Assembly: GCA_951406725.2 (NCBI GenBank)
Contig: OX597828.1
Location: 11,532,001-11,596,000 of the forward strand
DNA length: 64,000 nt
Origin: Octopus vulgaris
Lineage: Eukaryota
Reading direction: 5' to 3'
In this document: positions 1-13,005 of the stretch, one piece after another
Numbering within the stretch: the stretch's first letter is position 1
Layout: every line of letters begins with the position of its first letter
The notes under the pieces: generated by a model
The model's input: the letters and a program-made list of their open reading frames with translations, nothing else
Databases searched by the model: none
Told to the model about the DNA's origin: nothing
Position numbers and translations under genes: made by a program

Positions 1-120
1 GTTGAAGAGTGTAGGCTCGAAATGCAAAAGACTTTACCATTTCTCGAGAGTATAAAACTAATACACCTGTTTGTTGTTCCTACACCTGTCGTCATCTTCT
101 GTTTCTCTGTAAATTTGAAC
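1..120 (+). mobile_element. 3' part of a repeat shared with 41820-42005
   Basis: gaagagtgtaggctcgaaatgcaaaagacttt...actaatacacctgtttgtt; followed by (TA)n. Confidence 0.6.
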
Positions 121-912
121 TATATAAATATGTGTGCGTATATATGCGTGTGTACATGTGTGTGCATGTGTGTGTATGTGTATATATATATATATATATA
201 TTTATATGTGTGTGTACGTGTGTGTGTGCGTATATATATATATATATATATATACACATACATTGATAGGCAGATATATAGATATACTGTGTCTATGTAT
301 ATACATTTATACACTGGTAGAAAGTTATGAAACTAATTCAAGAATCTTGCACATAACACTTATCAAACTGACTCAAAATTTGAGACTTCTTTTCTTATGT
401 AGTGTAATTTACAATTCTTTCCAGAAATTCCAATTAATATTAATGATGGACTGACACCTGAAAACTGGAAATTTTGAATATCCCTCCCACACACATACAC
501 ATACAAACACACACTAACATATATATCAGCATCTCTCACTAATCAGCTTCTTGCAAATCAGGCAAACTAAGTTAGGTGGAAGAATATGTAAAGAGAAGGG
601 AAAACAGGGAAGAGAGAAAGCCTTGTGAGTGGGTTTGGAAGATGGAAACTGAAAGAATCTTGTTGTGTGTGTGTGTGTTTTGTGTCAGTGTTTGTCCCCT
701 ACCACCACTTGAAAACTGGTGTTGGTGTGTTTATGTCCCCGTAATTTAGCAGTTCGGCAAAAGAGACCAATAAAATAAGTACTAGGCCCCAAAAAATAAG
801 TACCAGGGTCAATTTGTCGAACAAAAAACCTCTTCAAGGCAATGCCCCAGCATAGCCAGTCAAATGACTGAAACAAGTAGAAGACAAAAGATAATCACAT
901 TATAGAAATCTC

Positions 913-1592
913 AGGGTAAAGACCCCCTTTGGTCATGAATGATTATAGGACTGCAGCAAGAAAGTACCCCTTGAAGGCACAAATCTAGGCAAGGTTGTTT
1001 TATGGAAGACCAGCAGTCACCCATGCATACCAGCCTCTCTTTTCCACACCACCGATGTTATCCGAGGGAAAGGCAAAAGTCAATACAGCTTGGCACCTGT
1101 GATGTCGCAACTCATTTCTGTAGGTGAGTGAACCGGAGCAGGGTGAAACAAAGTGTCTTACACAAGAACACAACACACAACCCAGTCCAGGAACAGAACT
1201 CACTGCCTCATGATTGTGAGTCCAACACTCTAACCACTGAGCCATGTGCATTCACATTAAAATAAAGACTGTCTTCGGTCATGAATGACCATGGGATTGC
1301 ATCTAGGAAGTTACCACTCCCCATGATAAAGGTCCAAGGAAGATTGTTTATGGAAGACCAACAGTCACCCATACATACCTGCCTCCCCTTTTCATGCTAT
1401 CGTTGTTATCCAAGGGAAAGGCAAAGGCCAATACAGCTTGAACCAGTGACATCGCAACTCATTTCTGCAGCTGAGTGAAGTGGAGCAACATAAAACAAAG
1501 TGTCTGGCTGAAGAATGCAACACAGCCCAACCAAGGAATCAAAGTCACTACCCCATGATTGTGACCCTCACCACTGAGTCATGTGCCTTCAC
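913..1592 (-). mobile_element. Two adjacent SINE family D copies (same head as C, ...tcattcatgaccgaagggggtctttaccc tail); others at 36600-36920(+) and 62330-62672(-)
   Basis: Units 913-1255 and 1266-1592 align to each other and to 62330-62672. Confidence 0.85.
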
Positions 1593-2942
1593 ACACACAT
1601 GTGTGTGTGTGTGAGATGATGTCAGTGAAGTAAATGTAATGAACTACAGAATATAGGAATCTAAGTTTCAAGTCTTATTAGGGTGCCATTATACTGTGTC
1701 CCTAAACAAGGCAAGTAACTGCTTATTTCAGTTTTTCTGACTGGACAATAAAGAAACAATTAATAAGAGAAAGTTCTACTTTTATATGAGAACTGAATGG
1801 TTAACATTAAGAAAAACACACAGCCTGGAGCAGGAATTGAACTCATTACCTCATGATTGCTAGCCTGACACTCTAACCACTGAACCATGTGCCTTTACCA
1901 TAGAAATCCCAAAGCTATGAGACAATGCATGATGAATTCAAAACAATGTATATGAATAAGAATCACAATTAACAGAATAATATGAATGCCAAGGGGTTAA
2001 AATAACTTGCAGTAGCAAGCTTTGAACCGAAGAATATCAGGCTGATGGACCAACACCTTGTCTCATGACCACTAGGTGGCAGCATTATGTTGGCCATACA
2101 AAATAAGAAAAAAATAACACACACAAGAAAAAAAAAATCATATAAAACAGAAATACAAAAAAGTATATATATATATAATAAAAACAAGATTGATTTTTTT
2201 TTTTCTATCCAAAGAATTATTCTACCTCCTACCTTTCCACCTGCCTCGCCTCAGTAATTATAACTGACCCCCTTCATTTTCTACATGACTGACAGCTGCA
2301 TTGTGCATGGATCTGAATTACACTGCACACAATATCACTTTCTTTTTATTCTTTCTCAATCTCTTTCCCCCCCCCCTCTCTCTCACCCACTTATCATCAG
2401 AAAGACTTTCTTACCCTCAAACACCACCTTCACCACCACCACCATTCCTACTCTTTCTCTCTCTCTCCTGCTTTTACTCTATCTCATCCGCACACATCAT
2501 TTCCAGAAATTTCCCATATGTTCTTCCAGTCTCCTGGTCTGGAAAGAGACGACAATGGCTGCTGAGTGTTTCAAGACACTGGATTCCTGATTTGAAAAGT
2601 CATGAATTCAAACACTGTCTTAGACACAGAACACTACAGAATTGTCTCCGTGATGCCATAACCAAAAGCGACAACTACAGTCACAGACCATCTAGTTGCA
2701 ACTAAAACTAAGTGCCATTTCCAAAGCGTGGTTCAATGGTTACAGTTAGCTAGGCATGAAACTGTAAAACTTCTACAGAAAATATAAAAAATATAAAAAA
2801 ACAAGTCACGATATTTCAAGCAGAATGTTTGATTAAACAAAACAATAAGAAAAACAACAAATGATATACAAAAACCAAAAGAAGAAAAACACATTTACAA
2901 CTTAATTTGATAGTTGATAAAACCAATGTACAGCATACCTTA

Positions 2943-2985
<43 letters not shown>

Positions 2986-2994
2986 GTGTATGTA

Positions 2995-3420
2995 TGTATG
3001 GCTGTGTGGTAAGAAGCTTGATTCCCAACAACATGCTTCCAGTTTCAATCCCACTGTGTGGCACCTTGGGCAAGTGGCTTCAACTGTAGCCTTGGGCTAA
3101 CCAAGGCCTTATGAGTTGATTTGGTAGACACAAACTGAAAGAAGCCCATTATATGTGTGTGTATGTGTGTGTATGTGTGTGTATGTGTGTGTGTCTTTGT
3201 GCCTGTGTCTGTTCCCACCGTCACTGATCGAAACCAGTGTTGGTTTGCTTACAACCATGTCACTTAGCAGTTCAGCAAATAAGACCAACAGAATAAGACC
3301 AACAGAATAAGCACTAAGCTTAACAAAATTAAGTGCTAGGGTCAATTCATTCGACTAAAAATTCTTCAAGCTGCAGAATGGCCATAGTCTAATGACTGAA
3401 ACAAATAAAAGGTAAAAGAC
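2995..3420 (+). mobile_element. SINE family A
   Basis: Matches the family A consensus. Confidence 0.85.
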
Positions 3421-3668
3421 ACACACACACACACATGTGTGTGTGTATTTATATCATACATATGATACAAGAGGCATTCAGGAATAAAGACGTCTGTTTT
3501 TTTTGGGGTTTTTTTTTGAGTGTGACAGATACCAGACAATCATGAGGAATATGACACACATCCAACCCATGCCAGTAAGGAAAAATGGACACTACATCAA
3601 TGGAAAACAGCCTGCTCATGATATTATCATGCACATGGTTGAGCACTCCACAGACTTGAGTACCTTTA

Positions 3669-3900
3669 GGTGGCGAGCTGGCAGAAACGTTAGCATACCG
3701 GGTGAAATGCTTAGCGGTATTTCGTCTGTCTTTACGTCCTGAGTTCGAATTCCGCTGAGTTCAACTTTGCCTTTCATCCTTTCGGGGTCAATAAATTAAG
3801 TACCAGTTAAGCACTGGGGTTGATGTAATCGACTTAATCCCTTTGTCTATCCTTGTTTGTCCCCTCTATGTTTAGCCCCTTGTGGGCAATAAAGAAATAA
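3669..3900 (+). mobile_element. SINE family B (ggcgagctggcagaaacgttagc...gactttgcctttcatcctttcggggtc...gccccttgtggg), nested in a family C SINE
   Basis: Flanked by ~16-bp imperfect TSD agac(t/a)tgagtacc(t/c)tt at 3652-3667 and 3902-3917. Confidence 0.88.
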
Positions 3901-4771
3901 AAGACATGAGTACCCTTGACGAAGGTTTCAGGGAGATTCAGTGTGACACAGAATGTGACAAAGCTGGCCCTTTTGATTACATGCACAAATTGCTTTTGTC
4001 AGCTGAGGGGACTGGAGCAATGTGAAATAACGTTTCTTGCTCAAGAACACAACATGCCACCAGGAATCAAACTTGTGACTTTACAACCATGGGCTGAATA
4101 CGTCTAACCACTAAGCCATGCCCTCCATTGGACACTAAATCATAATTCATACACACACATATACATATATGTATGTATGTATATATATACATACATATAT
4201 GTATGTATATAGACATATATGTGTATATGTATATACATACATATGTGTGTATATGTATCTACATACATATGTGTGTATATGTATCTACATACATATGTGT
4301 GTATATGTATCTACATACATATGTGTATATGTATGTAATATGTGCATAGATATATTTAGAAAGGTGTGTGCATGTGTGTGTGTATATATATATATGAATA
4401 TATATATATATATATGAATATGAATATATATATATATGAATATGTATATATGAATATGTATATATGCATTCGTGTTTGTGTGGCTGTATATGTTTTGTTG
4501 CGTGTGCCTGTGTGCAAAAGATAGTAGGTTGAACAATTTGGAACGGTGATAATAGTTGACAGCAAACCTCTTATTCATAAATATCTTCTTCATATTCTGA
4601 TGACAGAAGTTAAAGAACAAACTCTGGGTGCTACCCAATGAAGCTGAAGTCAACTGACAGCACCAGTGCAGTTAATTAATGTTATTGCTTGCACTGTGTT
4701 TCATGCTAATCTAGAGACCCCAACTTGGGTGACTGCGAGTAAACAGTGTGACAGCTAACAACAACAACAAC

Positions 4772-4825
<54 letters not shown>

Positions 4826-4871
4826 AATATATGAAGCAAAAGGTTTTAATTAAAAGGCTTAACTATCATAA

Positions 4872-5262
4872 TCTTTTACTCTTTTACTTGTTTCAGTCAT
4901 TTGACTGCGGCCTTGCTGGAGCACCACCTTTAGTCGAGTAAATCGACCCCAGGACTTATTCTTTGTAAGCCTAGTACTTATTCTATCGGTTTCTCTTGCC
5001 GAACTGCTAAGTTACGTGTACAGAAACACACCACCATCGGTTGTCAAGCAATGCTGGGGGAACAAACATACACACACACACATATATATACATATATATA
5101 ACGGGCGTCTTTCAGTTTCCGTCTACCAAATCCACTCACAAGGCTTTGGTCGGCCTGAGGCTATAGTAGAAGACACTTGCCCAAGGTACCATGCAGAGGG
5201 ACTGAACCCAGAACCATGTGGTTGGTAAGCAAGCTACTTACCACACAGCCACTCTAGCGCCT
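4872..5262 (-). mobile_element. SINE family A (tRNA-like head, internal (TA)/(TG) tract, gtaaaaga tail), full length; more than 20 copies or fragments in the window
   Basis: Consensus ...gtggctgtgtggtaagtagcttgc...ggcaccttgggcaagtgtcttctactatagcc...gcatggccgcagtcaaatgactgaaacaagtaaaaga; further copies near 620-890, 9735-9880, 17755-18310, 21570-21725, 25150-25770, 33500-33790, 34940-35150, 44505-44720, 46140-46290, 55275-55490, 55865-56525, 57710-57840, 58215-58380. Confidence 0.9.
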
Positions 5263-5654
5263 ATTACACATTTTCGCACACAATTCACACAACAAATGCA
5301 CCACAGAATTGCAATCCAATAACACAGCACAACCCAGACAACTCCTAATAAAATACCATAGTGCCCGTTTTATATAACTTACACCCAAAATGATAGCAAG
5401 CATCACATACAATTAACCCTCCCAACCCGAGGTCCTTGTGTCTAACTTTACCCTCCACCTGGGCTCCTGAAGCATAAAAAAATAAAATAAAAATAGATAA
5501 TTACATAGACAACACAAGAGTAATAATTGCTGGCAATTTAATGGACAGAATCAAAGAAAAAAAGAATATTCAGACAATAACAATAGTAAGCCTTACTATC
5601 AGGTACCATATTTCTTAGGCAAACTAAGAGACAGAGTCACAAAAAAAAAAAGTC

Positions 5655-5950
5655 AGCAGCAGCAGCAGCAGGTGGAGGAAGAGGAGGAGGAGGAAGAAGA
5701 AAAGGAAGAGGAAGTTGGGAGGAAGGGGAAAGGGAAGAGGGGTAGGAAGAGGAAAAGGAAGGGGAAGAGTGGGAGGAGGAAGAGGGGGAGGAAGAGGAAA
5801 TGGAAGGGGAAGAGGGGGAGAGGGGGGAAGGGGAAGAGGGGAAGAGGGGGGAGAGGAAGAAGAGGGGGAGGAAGAGGAAAGGGAAGGGGAAGAGGGGGAA
5901 GAGGAGGAGGAAGTGGAGGAGGAGGAGGGTGATGATGATGGTGATGGGGG
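5655..5950. repeat. Polypurine (GGA/GGGGAA) tract flanked by (GCA)n and (GAT)n
   Basis: ~260 bp almost purely G/A on the + strand. Confidence 0.95.
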
Positions 5951-6720
5951 GGTTGCTGTTTATCAACTACTATATATGTTCACTTGAATCCCTACTTTTC
6001 TCATTATGTTCACCAATTTCATTGTCCGAATCTCTCTCATTGCCAGCATAAGTGTAAACTCTTCATCTGAAGAATAAATACTATCAATAATTTCTTGACT
6101 TCATCACACACAAGTTTTATCACAAAACTGTCAGCTTTTGTTGTTTTTTATTTTGGTGATTGAAAAACAAAAATAAATCACAGCTATGAAGAACACCATA
6201 CGAGTCTAAACTCACTTGACTACAAACTTGCAATATGATTATTTGTGTAATTCTAACATATTATCCTCTTCATATACATGCATTGTCCGTTACCACTTAA
6301 GCAGGAATCCAGCAGAGATGATATTTAAGTTATTCTCAGTACAGTGAGAACACCGCTTGATAGGGTTAAGAATTGATGAAACTCACCTTCTGCAAAATTA
6401 CGACCCAACAATATAAAGAAACCAGGTAAAAAGCTTCTGACAAAGCTGAAAGTCTAATAAAACCTTTACATTTCAGGCATAATATAATGATAGGGAATTT
6501 GAATGGGTTAACGGAACCTTTCTATTTTCTCTTTTTTACTTTCTTCGATATTACAATGCTTCAAGTGAACTACAATACTCTTCGTAATAAACCAATATAG
6601 CACACACCCTACATAATTACTTTTTAGTTTTTCTTGAGCCCTAGGGCTTGTAAGGCGAGCTACCCAGTTTCCATGGCACATAAGCAACTGAGATCATAGT
6701 ATTCCCCTGAATGAGATACC

Positions 6721-7168
6721 TATTTCTTTACTACTCACAAGGGGCTAAACACAGAGAGGACAAACAAGGACAGACAAACAGATTAAGTCGATTTTATTGA
6801 CCCCAGTGAGTAACTGGTACTTATTTAATCGACCCCGAAAGGATGAAAGGCAAAGTCAACCTCAGCAAAATTTGAACTCAGAACGTAGCGGCAGACGAAA
6901 TACTGTTAAGCATTTCGCCCGGCGTGCTAACGTTTCTTATTTATTTTATTGCCCACAAGGGGCTAAACATAGAGGGGACAAACAAGAACAGACAAAGTTA
7001 TTAAGTCGATTACATCGACCCCAGTGCGTCACTGGTACTTAATTTATCGACCCAGAAAGGATGAAAGGTAAAGTCGACCTCGGCGGAATTTGAACTCAGA
7101 ATGCAGCGGCGGACGAAATACCACAAAGCATTTCGCCCGACATGCTAACGTTTCTGCCAGCTCGCTGC
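6721..7168 (-). mobile_element. Tandem dimer of SINE family B
   Basis: Two units; 17-bp perfect TSD cccctgaatgagatacc at 6704-6720 and 7168-7184. Confidence 0.9.
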
Positions 7169-7609
7169 CCCTGAATGAGATACCAGTCCCTTGCAGGGTT
7201 CAAGGCCTGTAATTCTTGAAGGGAAAGGACAAGTTGATTATATCACTTCCAGTACTTCACTAGTACTTTACTTTATCCACCCCAAAGGGAAGAAAAACAA
7301 ATACCATTAAGCTTTTGTTGGAAATTCTAATGATTCTGCTAACTTGCTGCCTTAATTACCACCTGAAACCCATTAGTACATAGCACAATTCACACAACAT
7401 AAATGAAACACATTCACCCCATAGTGAAATAACAAAATACACATTGCACACAGATGCTACTACAACAAATAAGTGAGACACCAAGGTAGTATTAGGAACA
7501 GCAAAACTAGAAACCTCATAACAAAGTGAAAACTAAGTAGCATGCAAAGACAAATGTATCCCATGGAAAAGACAGTAATGTACATATTTCAAGGATGTAG
7601 GGTTATACT

Positions 7610-7975
7610 TGATGCTACAGAGATGCAAGCGATGGGGCTAAGGGGTCGCCTGTTGAGATAGAGGAGCATGTAATGGTACAGAGGAGTGACTGAAGAGACA
7701 GAGAAGCAATTGGCAGTAGAGAAGGGCAACTGATGGAACAGAGGAGCACTTGATGGAATAGAGGGTACTGAGGGGTCACCTGATGGTACAGAGGGGGCAC
7801 CTGATGGTACAGAGGGGTCATCTGAAGAGAGAGAGGAGCACTGATGGGATAGAAATGCAACTGATGGTACAGTGATGGGGGGACCTCATGGGACAGAGAT
7901 GCAATTGACAGTATAGAGAGGTACCTGCTAGGAAAGAGGAGTGATTGATGGTACATGGAGGCACCTGACAAGAGA
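7610..7975. repeat. Degenerate ~20-bp minisatellite (ctgatggtacagaggggcac-like)
   Basis: About 18 diverged units visible. Confidence 0.8.
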
Positions 7976-9369
7976 AGAAACTAACATGAAATTGATGAAA
8001 ATCTATCTCTTTTAAACTTAAGCACAACATGAGAAAAGTTTGAAGTGGAGGCGGTTAGTCAATTATATCAATCCAGTAGTTGAATTGTACTTTATCAACA
8101 TTGAAATTGTTGGGGTTTCCAAAATCGAGCTTACGGAATGTCTATAGCAATAAATATAGACAGAAAAGAAAAAAATAATGCTAACAGAGTTAGTATTATT
8201 TAGTATAAGAATAGTATTACTTAGTACAAGAATGTAAATTAAGGAACGGAATGAAGTGTTAAAGTGAAGTAACTACCAGGACAACAAATGAAAGATGTCA
8301 ATTTAGGAAGAGAAGATGGGCAGTCTATAAAGAAACTGAAATTCTGGAAGACTTAAAGAGCTTATAGACTGTAAACTATTAACAGACTTATAAATAAGGC
8401 AAAGTAGTTTACATGAATTAAGATATAGAAAAACAGAATTAGAGAAAATTACAACTAAAGCTAGGAAAGTAAGAAACAAATGTTTGTTTATTCAAAATGA
8501 AAGACGTCTGTAATGTAAGGTCACAGCTATCAAGTAGTTAAGTGGTTTGAGACCAGACATAGATAAATTAGTGGAGTTCTGAGTTAGTGTTTGGGAAGAG
8601 AAAACCAGAACATCAATATATATTTATGGTATTTTCACTGTTTAGCCAAGGAGGGGTGAGTAGTAACAATGACCTTGTTTGTTTTGAGGGCCTGTGAGAT
8701 TTGTAGGAAGCGAAGTGGCTTCCAACTGAGAGCCTGTCCCAAATGCTCACAACAGAACAAACTGTGCTAAAGGTACTCAAAAACAGGTGATGATGTTAAA
8801 TTAAGTGACAGATTAAGGGTAATATCCCTAAAATCAGAATGCAAAGGGTCAGAACAAACAGCACGAGGCTTCCTATCCAATGCTCTACCAATTCTAGCAA
8901 TACACTGGCCTATACTGGTATTTTATCTTATCAACCCTGAAAGGATGAAAGGTAAAGCTTACTTTGGCAGGATTTGAACTCGGGGATAAGAGAGCCAGAA
9001 CAAAATGCCACAAGGCATTTTTTTCCAGTTAGCTACTCGGTTTTGACATTAGAATTTTTGAGCACTAAATGTGGATGTGAGTACAAATAATATTTTGTCA
9101 CCATCATTATCATTTTAATGTTCACTTTTCCATGTCTGCATGTGCAACAGAGAGTTTGGAAGAGACCTTCTACAGCTCAATAGCCTTATTGTCACCGGCC
9201 CTCACCTGTTTACAAGTAAGGTAGTGTTTCCCCATGAACAGATAAGTTTTCACAGAATATTGGAAATGAACAACACTGCTTTTTGGGCAGTCACACTCAT
9301 TTACACCTATCACACAATGCCAAGACAAGAAGACACACACACACTCACACATTAACAAACACATACATA

Positions 9370-9598
9370 CAAATTCTGGCCAAAAGTCTGAAAATTAGAA
9401 CTTTCATATTAAATGCCCAAAATTATATTCAATTTGCTGTATATTATTACTTGCCCAAAAGTTTGGAACATAGGTCTAAAAATTAGAATTCTTATATTAA
9501 ATGCCCAAATATATACATTGTATATATTTGCATTGAATTCTACTTGGGCAAAACAGTTTTAATTCTAAAAAAACATTCCAAACTTTTGGTCATGATTG
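9370..9598. mobile_element. Decayed Tc1-like MITE with internal subterminal repeats
   Basis: TA-caaattctggccaaaagtctgaaa ... ttccaaacttttggtcatgattg-TA; internal direct repeat aaattagaa..atattaaatgcccaa. Confidence 0.55.
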
Positions 9599-10771
9599 TA
9601 CATACATAATACTAATACTCTGCTGCCTCTTATTTTACTTCTTTCAATTTTACCCAAAAGAAGGCCTCTGTCTGAAATGTTGGGCTTCCCACACCTCACA
9701 GCCAGTTCACTGTACAATTTTACAATACATACAATGGGATTCTTTCAGTTTCCATCAATCAAATTCAATCACAAGGTTTTGATCAGCTGCAGGCAACAGA
9801 GGACACTTGCCTAAGGGAGAGCACATAGTTGGATTCAACCTGAAACAATGAGGTTGGGAAGAAAACTCCTCAACCACAGTCGTCATATATTCACTCTTGA
9901 CGGCTAGGTAAACTGAGGCACCAAGAATGTAAATGTACTAACAACAAGTAATACTTCAGCTCAAACTCAACTCTGGATCTATATGTTGGTGGTCTAATAT
10001 CTTCCTTTTCCATGATGTTTCATGTACCAATGCAAGCCATGAATGCAAGCCATGCAATGCATATCCAAGATAGAAAAATAAATGTAAATAATAAATTTAA
10101 TTTTTGTCTAAATCTTTTGGTGAACATTAGGTTAGTTAAAATATGTTTGTGACATATTTCAAATGCTAAAGGCAAATTCACCGCAGTTACCATAAAACGG
10201 TGAAAAAATACCATATCTGTCCATTGGATACTCAACAGATATAGTGTTTTTATACCTTTTTATCATAAGAGAGAATTTCTTTTCCATGGTAGCTGCATCT
10301 CCTTTCTATAAGATCAACAGAATGAAAGGAAGTTAAACAGGTGAGATGGTAACTCAGGAAAAAGCATGCGAACAGAGTTCTCACAAGCTATGTGTTTGTA
10401 TTCAGCAAACAAAAGGATGATCAAATCAAGGACCAGGGTTGGGTACAGAAGCTAAGTGTACTGTAAATGCAGATTGGTCAGGATTGGTTGTTGACCATGT
10501 TGATGGATGAGAATGATGACTTCTCCTCTGAGTCAGCACGGTAGTGAAATTATGATAGTCCACAGGTTTAGTTATTATAAGAGTTGGAAACACTATTTCC
10601 ATAAGATATTTCCAAGAGAGAAGCAGTTGAATAATTTTCAGTTCAACATCAATCTTTATAATTAGTAGATTACTGGATGGTATAGATTTGGAGCTCTTTA
10701 TTATTATTGTTAGTTAATGAGAAAATGAAATAATTTTAATGACTATTTCCACATACAAGTACAACACTAGT

Positions 10772-11010
10772 CAGTGAAGGAGCTTCTACATGGTCACTCA
10801 ACATGCTAAAAATAGCAGCTAAATCATTCTAAAATCATTCCCAAATGTCATAACAGGGAAGGACACATTAGAGAATACTGACTTTATTATGCTCATCAGT
10901 GAAGGAACCTGTACATGGTCACTCAAACTGCTAGAAATAGGAGGCAAGTCACCTTAAAATTATTCCTGCGGTCTTCAAAGGGAAGTATGCACTGGAGAAT
11001 GTTGTCCTAA
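10772..11010 (+). repeat. Tandem pair of an old dispersed repeat (ctgctagaaatagcagccaaat...ggacacattggataatg); other copies near 29450-29670, 37750-37940, 40410-40600, 48100-48260, 53640-53850, 54320-54520
   Basis: Recurrent degenerate motif chain seen by eye. Confidence 0.6.
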
Positions 11011-12708
11011 TTCTACACATGAGTATCATTTTTGTGTTTGCTTTTCCATAGTAACATGTAGAGATTTTGAGGCAGTGTTTAATAGCTGGATCCCCTTCCC
11101 AACTGTCTTGATACCAACCCTTTTATTTATGTTTCATAACATACATGATACTCTATGACCTACAAAAAATTAGGGTTAAAAAAAACCCACTCTCCTGCCA
11201 ATAATATGAGCACAAAGCCACCAATTTCAAGAGGGACAAGTGAATCATATCAACCCCATTACTAGACTGGTGCTTTATTTTATTGATGAAAGGCAAGTTA
11301 GTTACCCCAGACTGTTATTCAGGGTGTCATACCTCTCAGAATCCAGTCTGCTGGACCCAGGGGTGCTTCCTATGTGGTTGTACTAGATTCATGCCACTGA
11401 TTTGCTGAAATAAAGATAACTGATGATCTGAAAAAGCATCAGTATGAACAAAGATCTTAACTGAAAGTTTTCAGATGGAGTGATGAAATGTTTATCGCAC
11501 CAGTCCATCAGAGAATCACATGACAAGGCCTCAAGTGATCGTCTCTTGAATACTTCTTCTAGGTCACAAATGAATAAACCAGGAGAAAACAAACAGACAC
11601 AAAACTATTTTGATTTAGGTCAAGATCTAAACAACAATTTTTTTTTCTTCAGAATTGGAAATGTCTTTGAAAGACTAAAAGCAAAATTCATAAAGATCTT
11701 TGAATTTTATCATGATGTGACCTTTTATAGTCGGTTGTTTATTTAAAAGGTGAGGAAGCAAAAATTAAAATAAAAATGGAAAAAAAAAAATAAAAACAGA
11801 ATTAAATTCAAAAATTAACTTAAAGAAAGTAAAAAGATTGTTTAATAACTTTAACAGATGTAGTGTAAAATTTAATGGATCAGCTAAAATTAGCAACAAG
11901 GAGATAACATCTCTTTATAGCTGACTGAAGAAGATAAGATTTTTTTCATAACGTGTCTTATGTAGCAGAAACCTCTGCCTACATAATTCTTTCTGAAGAA
12001 CCGTTACTGCTAGCAGCCAATAATTGGCTTTATATTGAAGTAGAAAGTTTTCATCTCACCAATACCGAATTATCAAAACAGAAGAATAAATATTTACGAA
12101 GAATATTTTATTTCATCTATTTTTCCCAATCATTTGATTTTCCCAAATTAATATACAGTAGATCACCTGAAAACTAAAAATTTTCTTAAAGCATACCTGG
12201 AACAGGGATGTCAAAAATTTGTTGTAGCGTATGTCCAAGTCAGCCTTTGAAGAAAAGAGATATGATAACTGACCTTCCAACCATGACCATCCTCTCATTG
12301 TTTTTGACACACAAGAAAACATTATAGATTGAGTCTTTCTTACTTTATCTGACATTACATGTGAGGGGTGCTATGTAATTTCAAGAAGGTCAAGTGACGA
12401 AAGAAAGCCTGCCACCATCTTATTAGCTAATTTGCATAATATTTAGACCATTGAAAATATTTTCTAGTGACAGCTTCCTTAGAACATACAAAATAGTAGT
12501 TTCTGATTTAGTTGATGCCACTAATCTCAGTACTTGACTGCTAGTTTATTTTATGAACTCCAGAGGGACAAAAGCCAAAGTTGACCTTGGCAGAATTTGA
12601 ATGTAGCTAGACCACATACCATAAATCAATTTTTCTCCAATGCCTTAATGATACTGCAAACCCACAACCCTGTAAGTTGGTGATTAATTTAGGTAATTTA
12701 TAGGAAAG

Positions 12709-13005
12709 GTGAAGGTGCGTGGCTTAGTGGTTAGGGCATTCGGCTCACAATTGTAAGGTCTTGAGTTCTATTCCTGGCGACACATTATGTCCTTGAGCAA
12801 GACACGTTATTTCACTTTGCTCTAATCCACTCAGCTGGCAAAAATGAGTTGTACCTGTTTTTGAAAGGGCCAGCCTTGTCACAGTATGTGTCACGCTGGA
12901 TCTCCCTGAGAACTACATTATGGGTACACGTGTCTGTGGATTGCTCAGTCACTTGCACTTTAATTTCACGAGCAGGCTGTTCCATTGATCATATCAGCTA
13001 GGACA
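12709..13005 (+). mobile_element. SINE family C (tRNA-derived head, aaagggccagccttgtcaca tail); other copies 3620-4130(-), 15920-16220(+), 28440-28727(-), 30510-30805(+)
   Basis: A-box TGGCTTAGTGG, B-box-like GAGTTCTATTCC; repeated body. Confidence 0.85.

Noticed and set aside
22-454. ORFs rich in YI/VC/HT dipeptides here and throughout (e.g. 15272-15881, 42377-42670, 43626-44152)
   Set aside because: Translations of (TA)n/(TG)n microsatellites, which lack stop codons; not genes.
2301-2705. 134-aa plus-strand ORF
   Set aside because: First half is low-complexity pyrimidine sequence; no recognisable domain or exon chain.
5637-6051. RGG-rich, poly-E and poly-K/R ORFs
   Set aside because: All frames are open because of the polypurine tract; no splice or coding context.
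5412-6370. piggyBac-like element (ttaaccct...agggttaa)
   Set aside because: The inverted match does not extend beyond 8 bp; the acidic peptide near 6000-6100 is too short and frameshifted to assign.
7610-7975. CRISPR-like array
   Set aside because: Eukaryotic context, no constant repeats with unique spacers, no cas genes.
12197-12244. In-frame 48-nt candidate exon (ADLDIRYNKFLTSLFQ, aag/gtatgc) on the minus strand
   Set aside because: Overlaps the tail of the old dispersed repeat and does not resemble the expected next COG1 segment (xWDExEIQEE).
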